Of a DNA stretch of 64,000 nucleotides, positions 23,312 to 37,298 are shown in pieces; position 1 is the stretch's first letter; each line of letters starts with the position of its first letter. Below the pieces are notes generated by a model that saw only the letters and a program-made list of their open reading frames with translations, was not told the DNA's origin and made no database searches. Position numbers and translations under genes: made by a program. This stretch comes from Octopus bimaculoides (lineage: Eukaryota): assembly GCF_001194135.2 (NCBI RefSeq), contig NC_069003.1:29122984-29186983 (forward strand), written 5' to 3'.

Positions 23312-23396
23312 CATATATAAGGGTAAGAATCACGTAAATGATTTTTGTCAAGTAGTCAGCATACTATAAAAATTTACAGGCAGTTATTACATTAAC

Positions 23397-23432
<36 letters not shown>

Positions 23433-23892
23433 TATAAGAGCCTGGTATGATATAATGATATGGTATTTCCAATGCAGCACTCGCGCCAAGTTCTGGTCTA
23501 TCAACGTTGTCGGATTGCAGATTAATACCGAAATTCTTCAGGTGTAGAAAATGCTAGTTTCACGACGGCAAAACCGTTATCTCTGTTTAGCGAAGCGTAA
23601 AATGTTTTGGAAATAATAAGACAAAGACTTACTTTATCATATCTTTAATGATCAGTTACAAGAGTTTCCCGTACCAACTCTGCTTTCAGCGTCAGTCTCC
23701 GTAAATGTTCGAAGTGAAATTTTCCGCAATATTTGCTGTTTTAGACATTAAAGTTGCACTTCGTGACACTTGTATCAATATTGAATTCTTACCTTGTGTA
23801 TTTTCAAGACCACGCTTTTTGCCTATGTCAGGAATAAAAGAAGTAAATAAAAGTATGGTAAGGAAATGAATAATTTGTACAAAGAACAAGCG

Positions 23893-23998
23893 AGGAGAAG
23901 AAGAAGAAGAAGAAGAAGAAGAAGAAGAAGAAGAAGAAGAAGAAGAAGAAGAAGAAGAAGAAGAAGAAGAAGAAGAAGAAGAAGAAGAAGAAGAAGAA
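23893..23998 (+). repeat. (GAA)n microsatellite
   Basis: Direct reading. Confidence 0.95.
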
Positions 23999-24084
23999 AG
24001 TGTGCAAAGTATGTCCAACTATCGGCTATAGGAATTTCGAAAAATTCAGAGTATTAGACAACAGAAATATGCATAGAGAGATGG

Positions 24085-24242
24085 GGGGACCCCCTTCGGT
24101 CATGAATGACCATGGGATTGCACCTAGAAAGTTACCCTCCCAGGCACAAGTCCGGGCAAGGCTGTTTATGGAAGGCCAGCAGTCACCCATGCATACCAGC
24201 CTCCCCTCTCCACACCACTGGTGTTATCCAAGGGAAAGGCAA
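24085..24242 (-). mobile_element. SINE family C 3' half
   Basis: Reverse complement aligns to 8665-8785 and 54712-54858. Confidence 0.75.
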
Positions 24243-24766
24243 CACACACACAAACACACACACACACACAAACACACACAAACACATACACAAAAACATA
24301 TACATGTGTGTCTAAGTCTTTGTTCAAGCATGTATTTTACTATGATTTATTTTTGGTGGGTGGGGGGTGTATTCGTATATATTCTTGTACTTTCCAGCGT
24401 TTCAGCCATTGTTATCTGAGATTAAATTTGTTGAATTATGAAGGGATGCATTAAAATTCTCTATTTGCAAGAACACAATAGACTAAGTTACTAAGCTGAT
24501 ACCACTTATTTCATACTGAAAAATCGCCGCTCTTTGTACTAATATTCGTTTATTACATATGTAATTTGTCTCCTTAGATTTACACAAATAGCTAACATTG
24601 TGAGTTTAATGTCATGTGCTAGTGATATATATGGAAACAAAAGTTACTGTATTTTGCATTCGATTACTCAAATTAATGTTTCGAGAGTTTCTAAAAGGTT
24701 ATACAGATTATAAATTATTGAACAGATGACACCTACTCTCTATATGTTTACGAGTATCAATTAAAA

Positions 24767-25468
24767 GGTTGAAATATATTAGTTTTAAGACAATATAAAA
24801 TTTCTAGGTGAAATATATTAGTTTTGAAAGAATATAAAATTTCTAGGTGAAATATATTAGTTTTAAGACAATATAAAATTTGTAGGTGAAATATATTAGT
24901 TTTAAGACAATATAAAATTTCTAGGTGAAATATATTAGTTTTGAAAAAATATAAAATTTCTAGGTGAAATATATTAGTTTTNNNNNNNNNNNNNNNNNNN
25001 NNNNNNNNNNNNNNNNNNNNNNNNNNNNNNNNNNNNNNNNNNNNNNNNNNNNNNNNNNNNNNNNNNNNNNNNNNNNNNNNNNNNNNNNNNNNNNNNNNNN
25101 NNNNNNNNNNNNNNNNNNNNNNNNNNNNNNNNNNNNNNNNNNNNNNNNNNNNNNNNNNNNNNNNNNNNNNNNNNNNNNNNNNNNNNNNNNNNNNNNNNNN
25201 NNNNNNNNNNNNNNNNNNNNNNNNNNNNNTGTAGGTGAAATATATTAGTTTTGAAAGAATATAAAATTTGTAGGTGAAATATATTAGTTTTGAAAGAATA
25301 TAAAATTTGTAGGTGAAATATATTAGTTTTGAAAGAATATAAAATTTGTAGGTGAAATATATTAGTTTTAAAAGAATATAAAATTTGTAGGTGAAATATA
25401 TTAGTTTTGAAAGAATATAAAATTTGTAGGTGAAATATATTAGTTTTAGAACAATATAAAATTTCTAG
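24767..25468 (+). repeat. 39-bp AT-rich tandem repeat (GTAGGTGAAATATATTAGTTTTGAAAGAATATAAAATTT), interrupted by an assembly gap
   Basis: About 5 units before and 6 after the gap; 13-aa periodicity in ORF 24974-25561. Confidence 0.95.
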
Positions 25469-27084
25469 TATGGTGTCCCAGCCAATCAGTTGCAGAGGAC
25501 TCAGAACTCTCTGGAAAATATATCTGTACATAAGCTGTTTGCTGTTTTGTTGAACATCCAATAACTAAGCGACAATACTTAACTGCCATGTCATTTTATC
25601 TTCTCTAGATTGATGAATGAAGACACTTAAATGGTCATGTATTTTATCGATCTTGAATCGATTAACATCAGTATTTAACTGGAATTCTGATTTTTAGATT
25701 TTCAGAGCATGAACATCAGTTCCTATAAGGATTTTATCAACTGTAGCAAAATGAACTTAACGTTGACTTTGTGAAGTATCTGATATCATAATTTAAAAGG
25801 ACATTATAAAATATTTGAAAGAAAAAACTGTAATAAGTAACAGCTGTTTCTGTTTCCAATGTTATATGCTATTGCCATTGATATGTTAAAAATCTTTATC
25901 ATATTTGGTAATAAAACGGATCTGAAACATGGAGCTTCATCAGAGTGAAGAATGAATCAAAAAGTAGAGCTAGAGAAGAAAAAGGAGAAGTTGAATATGG
26001 TTGTAATCATACGATTTTGCTTCTGTATCTCTTTGGGACGTTAAATAAATGACTAAACCAAAAATAGCAATTGGTGGATTCATCATTTGTACGGTGGATA
26101 AGATGGATAAATAATAAAAACATAAAAAGTAATAGTGGGATACTCTAATCGGCTGTAGTCGGAGAAGGGATGAAAATTCGATAATGTTTTAGATTTATCA
26201 TAATTTGTAATAATTAGGTTTATAGTACTAATTAATAGTATTTATCATAATAAAGTGCTAATCGATTAAATGCATCTTTTTATTTATTTACTAGTAGGTG
26301 GTTAAGCTCTTCCACCTGTTGTCCGAAGTAGAGTAGGCCAAGGTCCAACGTTCGATATAATTGGTCAGCTGAAATTTAAAAACAAAAGACTAGCTATTGA
26401 GACCGTTATACGAGATATGGTAAATGAACAAATGAATGGGGAAATGGTGTATGTTGAAAGTGGCTCTAAAACACTCAGGAGAGTATATACTAGATTAAAA
26501 AAATAAATATAGAATAAATATTAAGAGAGAAACATATTCGGATATTTAGGAGAGGAGAGGGTTGGGGGTGAAAATGGTCCCAAAGTTTATTTAAATAGAA
26601 ATGTGAAATTAGTAAAAACAAGGAAAAGAATTTATTCCGTAAGGAAATTCGGGAAATATTTATGGTTAAGGGGAGATAACTAGGGTAAATGGTCTAAATT
26701 CTCTGGTTTACCATCTAGTGTACATAATCAGTGACCTGACTTGCCCATCAGAAAGTTAATTTCACAGCTAATTGGCTAAACAATTAATAAATCAGTCAGC
26801 CTAGTCAATTAAATAAGTAAAAGTACGTATCCTTAATTAAATTAATAGTTACAATTTATAATTAAAAATTAAAATACTTGCACATTATTTTTACTGATGC
26901 AGGCTCTTAGAAAAATTTCCTCATTCATTCATACACAAAAAAATTTCAACATACATGTACATCCGTATGCACACACATATGATATATATATTGTATACAT
27001 ATATGTACACTCGCATGCAACATCTATCCAATGATGTACACACACGCCTATATACTAAATCAATTATAATGTATATTATATTGT

Positions 27085-27256
27085 TATATTAACCCATTTG
27101 TTCTCTCTGTTTATTTTCTCGTGTTCCTTTCTGTTGAAGAGCGTAGGCTTGAAACGTAAAAGACTTTGTCACCTTCCCGAGCGTTAAACTAATACGCCTG
27201 TTTGTTGTTTACACACCTGTCTTCGTCGTTTGTTTTTTTGTAAATTCCAACTATAT
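27085..27256 (+). mobile_element. Short Penelope-like repeat with a hammerhead-like motif (core variant CTGTTGA)
   Basis: Shares the motif and the tail ...TTTTTTGTAAATTCCAACTATATA with 20357-20434 and with 40488-40608 (minus). Confidence 0.65.
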
Positions 27257-27734
27257 ATATATATGGTGGGGAACCGCCTTGAAATATTGGTAGTCAAATA
27301 AAAGAGAGAGNNNNNNNNNNNNNNNNNNNNNNNNNNNNNNNNNNNNNNNNNNNNNNNNNNNNNNNNNNNNNNNNNNNNNNNNNNNNNNNNNNNNNNNNNN
27401 NNNNNNNNNNNNNNNNNNNNNNNNNNNNNNNNNNNNNNNNNNNNNNNNNNNNNNNNNNNNNNNNNNNNNNNNNNNNNNNNNNNNNNNNNNNNNNNNNNNN
27501 NNNNNNNNNNNNNNNNNNAACGGATAGGTACGCTGCGTAAGCGGTATAACTGGTCAACTATTAGGCTCCAAGTTCACAGCTGAGGCCGGAGCTAGGGATC
27601 GCTAACAGGCTTCGGAGTTAGCAGACACATAGAGGAAAAAGAAGAACAAAACGAAGGCAGGACGACTATTTCAGGTCATTTAGAGTATTCAGTTAAAGTA
27701 AGGCGAATTAGAAGTAATTAATGTCTTACAGCTG

Positions 27735-27769
<35 letters not shown>

Positions 27770-30757
27770 TTAGTAAATAACTTAGTGTTATTAACCAAAA
27801 AAATGTACCGGAAATTTCTTTTTCCTGAAGCACAGGATATTCTAATTGAATGTTATTGGCCGTAATAAAGTGCGTCTGAATAAAATATGGGATTGTCTCA
27901 AATCGAATAAATTTCATCAGAGGACTTGGAACTAAATAAATACTCACAACGTTTCCCACATCCGTGTTAATAGAAATATAGATTATATAAATTCAAACAG
28001 CTCTCACCTCCTTTAGAAACCTTGGCATTGAACCTTGTTGAAATAAATTACCATTTACTCATGGGAAACCCTGTCGTTTGCAGATCTGTTCAAATTTCAC
28101 CCCATCTTTCCTATTTTTCGTGCGGGAAATAAATTAACAACGACTGGAAAATCAAATCTGATTTCAAGACAGCGATTTTCAATATTCGGCTGGTATTCAT
28201 AGGAAATATATTGAGCGTGTTATATAGTACATGATGCAAGCATTCGCCTGAGTGCAGAATGAAGGAGACTTTTGTTTCCGTCCAGATGGTTTCGAGCTGC
28301 TTTTAATTCAGTCAGTTGATGTTAATATTTATCTCGATACTCGAGTTTCAGGCAGCCGCAATATTCAGGAGGAAATTGTTCACAACTTGTCGATGTTGTT
28401 CATTTGTATAAGATATATTCGAAGCTACATGAGCGAGACTTCAGCTGCTCGTTTCCGTTGCTGGCTGCTTCCTAGATTTTATTTCCACCAAATCAGGTTG
28501 TCGTGGGATATTAAATTGCTTTGTGGAGGGGTATTAAAAATGTTTTGTTTTCATGTATTTTTAGAAGCTCAATATATATAATAATTTCATTGTGTTTATT
28601 TGCAAATGTTATGTGTTCCTGTATTTATATCTGTGTGTGTGTTTGTGTGCGCGCTTGCGTCCGTTAGATGAAGCCAATTTCTTTCATTTGAAGTGGTTTG
28701 TTTATGGAGAAATTCAGAGGATTTTGTACGATATTTTATGGAAGTTAAGCTTTATAATTACGACTGTGTTGTGTACTACTTGTTGGTGAATTTGTTAATG
28801 TGTTTCGATGTTTGTCTATGTGTACGTTTCTAAGAGTGTCTTGGATATATCTTGGAGAATATGAACAAGTTTCATAACTTATAAGCGTGTTTAATATATT
28901 AGAGATACTGTATATTATAGAAATATAATATATTATCGATACTGTTTATTATAGATATACAGTATCTGTATTATAGGTATTATAAATAGACAGTATCAAA
29001 ACTTATGGCCATGCTTAATATATTATAGATATTGTATATCATAGATAGATAAAATATTATAGATACTGATACATCAATTATTTTCGACTGGTTGATTGTA
29101 TCTATTACTGTTTTTTAAATATTTCTTTTTCTTTTTCATGAAGACGTTTGTGTCTTGTTAAACGTGTATGTATATGTGATATATATATATATATATATAT
29201 ATATANNNNNNNNNNNNNNNNNNNNNNNNNNNNNNNNNNNNNNNNNNNNNNNNNNNNNNNNNNNNNNNNNNNNNNNNNNNNNNNNNNNNNNNNNNNNNNN
29301 NNNNNNNNNNNNNNNNNNNNNNNNNNNNNNNNNNNNNNNNNNNNNNNNNNNNNNNNNNNNNNNNNNNNNNNNNNNNNNNNNNNNNNNNNNNNNNNNNNNN
29401 NNNCTATCGTACACCGTGTTATAGCGGCCTGCTCATCGCATGTATGTACATTTTAAAAATAAACAAATCTTTGATATGGGACCGCGACCTGTTCACTGAC
29501 AAAATTCCGCACGAAATCTTTGATAATTGCTTTTGTTTAAAAAAAGAATCTTAAATCACACACAGTGATTGTCTTAGATATTTCTTTTGGTGTAAACTTT
29601 TATCCTTCGTTTTGGAGTGTATATTGTGAACGTTATTTCTTGCTCGTAACATAAGGAAAGCAGTACTCTTTGCTACAAGCATGTTTTGGACTGTTTTGTA
29701 ATACTGAAGAAAGCTTGAACCAACATCAGAAATATAGAATGCCTATTTTTCATTCGCTAAAGAACTTTGAGAGATTCGTTATTTAATTTCGATATGTGGT
29801 CCCTCTGTATTGTTTTTTTTTTTTTTATAGTATGAACAGTTACACAATTTAGAACTTCTGGATACTGAAAACGTCGCCAAAACTAATGTCCACCGTTGCC
29901 AACATTATTCTTTGCAGCTGGTCGCACGTCCAGCTTGATCAAGCAGATCCCTGGTTACATTTGTTATAGCTCTGACTGTCTAGTCATTTAATCAAACCTT
30001 CTGTATCTATCATTACTTTACTTAATATGTCCTTTTTCCTAGATCACACCTTTAGCAAAAGGCTTCCTGTTGTGACTCTATATTTGTTTTTTGTTGATCA
30101 AGGATGAATTCATTGACTCAGATGTAAAACAAAATATTCAAAAACTGTCACGTGTTTTTCATCAGCATGGGCTACAACTGGTGTGCTCTTATTTGTATTC
30201 AGTTTTTATATTAAATGACAACCAAGTTCAAACGTGATTCATGAGCATCATGAAATAATGAGTTGTTATCGTAACCCAAAATTATATTTGAATGAAGTAT
30301 ACTATAATATATAAATATTTATAAATATATATATGTATATTCTAGATTATGTAAAAGATGCAATTAAATTTTGGACGTATAAATAATAATGGAAAAAGTA
30401 ATGCAGTAAACTAATAAATGTGTACAAAATGGATGCTCACGATATTAAGAGCTGGTGTATAATATACATGTGACCTTACGTTACAAAATATAAAATTAAA
30501 TTCATAGACGACACACCATAAAGCAAAGAACGTACTTTCGATGGCGGGTTTGACTTGTTAAATTCGTTTATAAATCGCATCGTTTTGAAAATGTCGCATT
30601 AAATTAGTTTGAATATGCCTGATGTTAAAATAATACATTAGATTTAAATTTGTTTCTTTTTTTATGTTTTCTATTACTGCCATTGAGGTAAAAACTAGAT
30701 GCGTTACAAACTTAATTTATTGTAGAGATTTCAATGGTCCTCTGAGAAATATCACTG

Positions 30758-30814
<57 letters not shown>

Positions 30815-31277
30815 TGTATACATATGTATGTACGTGTGTGTCTGTATCTATGAGTGCATGTGTGTGTGCTGCGTTTGTGTGCGTATACTTCAGTATTTTT
30901 TTTTTTTTTAGAGATAATAAAATGATATATTACATTAAACATTGAATGAAATAATGTCAAATATAGGATGGCAATTAGAAATTAAAATATCAGGCACCAT
31001 ATATTATATCATGCGGCCGAGTGCTTTTACAATTGGTTTGGGACCACGTTCTTTATAATTCCATTTGAATAGATAAAGCAGATTTTCATATCATGATTTT
31101 TCCTCAAAATTGCGATAGTTTGCATATTAAACAATATATATGTGTGCGTAAATATGTATATACATGTACTTATATATATGTACGTATAAATATATGCATA
31201 TACATATGTATCTATATACATATATATAGAGAGAGAGAGAGTGAGAGAGGGGGGAGACAGACAGACAGACAGACAGA

Positions 31278-31309
<32 letters not shown>

Positions 31310-31662
31310 TGGGTAAATGGATGGATGAATGAATGGTTGATCGATGGGGGATAGCTAGATAGATAGATAATGTCTTATACAATGCTATACCTTAAGAGTG
31401 CTATAATCACTTGGTAGTGCTCAAAGAAATCCCAAATCTAAGAAGGTACAACTCTTTCATCAGGGTTAGATAATGCTGAAGTAAAATGCCGTCTATAAGA
31501 AAAGCTATTTGCTAAAGGTGTATGGAAACCATAAAGTCATATGCACAATAGTAAGTGTATGGAATGTGCACACATGTAAGTTTGCGTATATAAAGATGTA
31601 ATCAAGTCTTAGCTTTACATATTATATTAACAGTGAATTTACGATCGTCTCCATAAATGAGC

Positions 31663-31709
<47 letters not shown>

Positions 31710-31725
31710 CATATACATATGTATG

Positions 31726-31768
<43 letters not shown>

Positions 31769-31825
31769 GTATGTGCGTGTGAGTGTGTATGTGTGTTTGT
31801 ATACTATTAGGAATTNNNNNNNNNN

Positions 31826-31868
<43 letters not shown>

Positions 31869-32763
31869 GTATGTGCGTGTGAGTGTGTATGTGTGTTTGT
31901 ATACTATTAGGAATTAAAATCAGCTCTAGTAATCTAAATATCGATTGAACATGTATGTGTTGTGTATGTGTATTTTTCATACACCGAATTTGCTAAGGAA
32001 TAGCTACACAAGGCTGAGATTTAAAGAACACCCGAATTTCTTAGACTAGGCAGGACAACTTGTCTTGGATTGAGTCAATATCTGCAATCGGATCAGACGA
32101 AAAACAGATTGAATCTTCCGTTCTATGATTTACACAGAAATAAGAATGAAAACAATTTGCTGATGTGCCGCGGCATAGCTCATGTATCAGTAAATGAAAT
32201 TACGAATTCAGTCCGAGTCGCATAGTCTCCCCTGGTCCATGTTCTTTAACAGTTATTCGGCGTACGAAGAAAGTGTTCTGCTAATCTTAGAGCTTTGCTT
32301 TGAACACTTCTGCTTTTTCACCAAATGTCCGCGAAATGTATATATTGAAATAATTCGACCCAAGTCAACTTTACTTCTCATCATATCTGCGGTGATAAAA
32401 ATGTCTCGATCTGGAGTGGTGGCTTGGTAAAATAAGTGCTGTTCCCGATGTCTTCGAATATTTACTTTGAACTTCTGTGCTTTGACAGTTCTACTTTCCA
32501 AGGCTATCACAAGCTGCATTGGCCCAAAAGTTGAGACCTTTATCTGGCTTAAGATCTGTCATCGAAGGGAAACTTGCCTGCAAGGGAACTGCTACTCATT
32601 CATAAAATTTCTTTTATGGCGCTTCATAAGTAAACACACACACACACACACACANNNNNNNNNNGAGACCTTTATCTGGCTTAAGATCTGTCATCGAAGG
32701 GAAACTTGCCTGCAAGGGAACTGCTACTCATTCATAAAATTTCTTTTATGGCGCTTCATAAGT

Positions 32764-32797
<34 letters not shown>

Positions 32798-33849
32798 GCA
32801 CAAGCACACGCACGAAACATATATATATACATTCGCATTATCACGCACATAGGCACACGCACATGCATATATACGCATACACAGACACACACACACAAAA
32901 TCCTTACATGCATACATACATATCATATGGTCACCGTCAATCATATATACATGCATTCATATGTATACATGCCATATTTACACCTAATCAATATATTAAA
33001 ACGATTAAAATGAAGAATCGATTTGCCCTATTCAGTTTCATTGATTTGTTTTCAAATATACATTGTCAGTTCTAAAGAAAACATTAATATGGATTTAAAA
33101 TTTCTTCAGATCTTCTCAGTAGCGATAAGGAATATGTCACCCTAGGTAATCTTTTGGATATAAATCAAAGTCAACTGAAAGTTTGGTGTGAAGTTCTTAT
33201 ATTCAAAATAATACTAAAGTATTGATGAATTTTTGTAATCTTAAACAGTTGGTGGTAGTAGTCGTCGTCGTCGTCGTCGTCGTCGTNNNNNNNNNNNNNN
33301 NNNNNNNNNNNNNNNNNNNNNNNNNNNNNNNNNNNNNNNNNNNNNNNNNNNNNNNNNNNNNNNNNNNNNNNNNNNNNNNNNNNNNNNNNNNNNNNNNNNN
33401 NNNNNNNNNNNNNNNNNNNNNNNNNNNNNNNNNNNNNNNNNNNNNNNNNNNNNNNNNNNNNNNNNNNNNNNNNNNNNNNNNNNNNNNNNNNNNNNNNNNN
33501 NNNNNNNNNNNNNNNNNNNNNNNNNNNNNNNNNNNNNNNNNNNNNNNNNNNNNNNNNNNNNNNNNNNNNNNNNNNNNNNNNNNNNNNNNNNNNNNNNNNN
33601 NNNNNNNNNNNNNNNNNNNNNNNNNNNNNNNNNNNNNNNNNNNNNNNNNNNNNNNNNNNNNNNNNNNNNNNNNNNNNNNNNNNNNNNNNNNNNNNNNNNN
33701 NNNNNNNNNNNNNNNNNNNNNNNNNNNNNNNNNNNNNNNNNNNNNNNNNNNNNNNNNNNNNNNNNNNNNNNNNNNNNNNNNNNNNNNNNNNNNNNNNNNN
33801 NNNNNNNNNNNNNNNNNNNNNNNNNNNNNNNNNNNNNNNNNNNNNNNNN

Positions 33850-33890
33850 CTTGGTCGTGGTGGTAGTATTAGTAGTAGTAGTAGTAGTAA

Positions 33891-33921
<31 letters not shown>

Positions 33922-33937
33922 CGTGGTGGTGGTCGTG

Positions 33938-33969
<32 letters not shown>

Positions 33970-34015
33970 GGTAGTAGTAGTACGAGTAGTAGTAGTAGTA
34001 GTTGTTGTTGTTGTT
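33850..34015 (+). repeat. Compound (GTA)/(GTG)/(GTT)n microsatellite beside a gap
   Basis: Direct reading. Confidence 0.9.
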
Positions 34016-35853
34016 TGGAAAGGATCGATGGGCCACGCTTTCGCGGTCCGTATTCGTAGTAGTTGATGTTGTTGTTTTTTTTTATTTTTGTTGTTGTTTC
34101 CGAACTTTCCAGCATGTCGAGAGACCTCAGTCAAAGTGCCCCATTAGTTTCAGCGCCTTCAGTATATTGTTTTGTGATTTATTTTAGCCCTAGGCTAATG
34201 TCTACCAAGCACACCTACAATCAAGCGGGATCCAGTCATGATCATTTCGAGTTATTTTGTACTTACTTAAGTCCTACTATCCGTATTCAGTGTAGCCCAT
34301 CGACGGATTTCTCTACTTATCACGTCACTGTGTTATCCTTTCTCTCTCTTGCCAGTTGTACCCTTTCTTCATAACGTCTACCTCAGTAGCCCCCTCCAGC
34401 TACATTTAGGGCATCACACGTTTCTCTGAGCGAAGGCCTTTCTTTCCTGTACCTTGCTGGATATGAATTGTTATCGAAACTTCCGTAACTTTGCTTTACA
34501 TTGAGTGGGATGATGGCCCAACGCAAACCCATTTTTACCACTGAGAATAGGCCGACCATTTTAATCTGGTTGCCAGCCTTTGACCTTTCACTATGGGAGA
34601 CCCTACCATGAGATATCGATCCGCTGACACAAAAGGAATTGACCGAAAATGAATTGTAATCTTTATCTTACGCCAATGAAGTGTAATTTGAGAGAAATTA
34701 TGATTCTTGTTTCAGTAGGTTGAATAACCATGTAGAACCCTCGATCAAGTCCGCGTTGTATTATAGATTGCTATTGTAGGAACATTCTATCATAATATTC
34801 AATTACAATCTCTTCTGTAATGTTCCTAATTTTATATGGATAAGATTTCACTTATAAAATCTAACATTTGTAAACTGTATTGGTATTATCCACGGGTGGA
34901 AGATACTCCATTATGGCGGCCTTTGGAAACTGGAAACTGGAAACTGGGTAGACAAATATATTTGATAAAACTATGCAGTAACACGTTTTTAAACTTGCAC
35001 GATACCATGGACGAAAGTGAAGATCTATAAAGTTGCAAATAGTATTTGGTTTTCTCTGTAGTAAAGATAAGTTGAGGAAAGTTTCATAAATATTTGTAGC
35101 GCCAAGGGTATTTGTCTGTCTATAAGAATCACTTGCTGAGACAGAAGAGAATACGAAGCGCTGATAACCCTTTTCATGTCTTCTCAGATCAGTGAGAACA
35201 AAACAAGATGGTATTCCTTTCAAATTGGAAACTGACCAGAGTAACTCCTTGAATTCAAGTGATGTAGAATCATCCAACGTTTTATATGTATGTATGTCAA
35301 AGTATTTCAATATGGCTGTTATATAAATTTCTATTGAACATTTTCTTTTCCGTGCAACGGATTAATAAATCATATCCACATTTCAATTCTAAAATAAAAG
35401 AGCGTGTCAAGTAAGCAGTAATACATTTTCGTTCAGCTAGAGAGGAAACTGTGAAATATATTATGATGCGAATGGCCTGCAGCGGCTTTTGCTCAGAGAT
35501 AATCCTTTATAATCTAAAACTGTTCAAACAAATACGAAGCTGGTTATAAATCATTTCGGTTTTAATTTCCATCTTGAACTGAACTACGATAAAGACAACA
35601 CTCTCATCCTTTCTATTAATTCTCACACGCATCAGTACAACCACGTAGATAACACTGCTTAATAATATGGTGCATACACAAATATATATACATATATGTA
35701 TGTATGTATGTATGTAGGTATGTATGTATGTATACACATAGCACAACTTACGTATACACAAACACACAAATATGTATTTACATAAATCTATAAATATATA
35801 TGCACACATAATAATAAACATAATATACATGTATGTAATTATGTACGTATGTT

Positions 35854-35903
<50 letters not shown>

Positions 35904-36132
35904 TACATTAAATGAATGTATGTCTGTGCGTGTTGTATTTGTAAGCTAGTCTTCTAGCCTTAAGACAGAAGCCACTCCTAATGTTTTCAGACGTATTTTA
36001 AACACAAATACGATATAGTACATCAAATAAAGATATATTTATATTTCATTCTGTACGATCTTACAAAGCGAACGAGCAATTACTTCATTATATAGAATAT
36101 ATATTTTAAAAGTTAGAACTTATATATTCATG

Positions 36133-36345
36133 TGTGTGTCTTTGTGTCTGCATTTGTTCCCCAACCATCACTTGACAACAAATGTTGTATTTATGTCCCC
36201 GAAATCTAACGGTTCGTCAAAGAGACCGATAGAATAAGTACTAGGCTTACAAAGAATAAGTCCTGAGGTCGATTTCTTCCACTTAAACCCTTTAAGGCAA
36301 TGCTCCAGCATGGCTGCAGCCAAATGACTGAGACGTGTAGAGGAG
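36133..36345 (+). mobile_element. SINE family B 3' half
   Basis: CTTGACAAC...AAAGAGACCGATAGAATAAGTACTAGGC...GCTCCAGCATGGCTGCAGCCAAATGACTGA. Confidence 0.8.
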
Positions 36346-37235
36346 TGTAAGAGAACCATCAAAATAGTGAACGTTTATCGACAGTTGTTTCAAAATTTCT
36401 TGCTTCCGTACTCTGCTTCTGACTTCACATTTATAAAAATAATCTTTGGTGCAACTTGTTATGCTATTAAAAACTGATTAAGTAACAGACTAGGAAAGCT
36501 AGGATTCTCCAGCATGGTAAGAGACCAGCAGATTCACACTTCACAGGAACAATCTATAAGCAGAGGAGGAGAAATACGAAGGAAGGTCTTGATGCAACAA
36601 TTATCATTGTATTATCTCAATTTCATCGTTTGTTTCTTTGATGGAACCCAGTGCCAAAATTTTAAGTAAAAATCTAACAAATACTAAAATGTATCCATGT
36701 AATATATATGCATACTTACACGCACACACTATAATACACAGACACAGACACAGACATACACATACAAAATAATAAACAGTCACACACACACACACACTCA
36801 CGTGCGAATGAGTGTCTCTGTGTGTCTGTTATAGAGTGCAATATAAGTCTAGCTTGAGCACTTATATGACCATATATTCGATTATGTCTCCCCGCCAGCA
36901 ATCGATTTACGAATCGGAATATAGTTAAGAATATCAGTTTTATTTCTTATAAGCAAAACGTTTTTGGATGAAATATAAATAAATCCAGCTTTTATATCGC
37001 GCTGATGCAGCAAGTTTTCAATTGTATGCAGAGTAACAGCAAGGAGGGATATCGTGAAAAATTGAGTGAAATATTGATATGACATGCGGTCACGGATGAC
37101 TGTAATTCATAGAGTTATGAGAAATTCTGAAAATTGTGTTATAAATATTAGGTGACAGAAACGTGATTTATATTCATATATGTCTGACAATATTTAGTGA
37201 AATGTCATAGAGATATAGAAACATATATCTGCATA

Positions 37236-37298
<63 letters not shown>

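Noticed and set aside
31436-31470. CTGATGA on the minus strand followed by a weak hairpin
   Set aside because: No GAAA or cleavage triplet in register, so not a hammerhead.
31748-31915. Direct duplication flanking a 10-N gap
   Set aside because: Identical sequence on both sides of a minimal gap is the signature of an unmerged contig overlap.
32253-32560. About 100-codon open frame on the minus strand in unique sequence
   Set aside because: No recognisable domain or convincing splice sites; the length is compatible with chance.
32535-32790. Duplicated 120-bp segment giving the repeated peptide ETFIWLKICHRRETCLQGNC in ORF 32467-33075
   Set aside because: Identical copies either side of a 10-N gap; assembly artefact.
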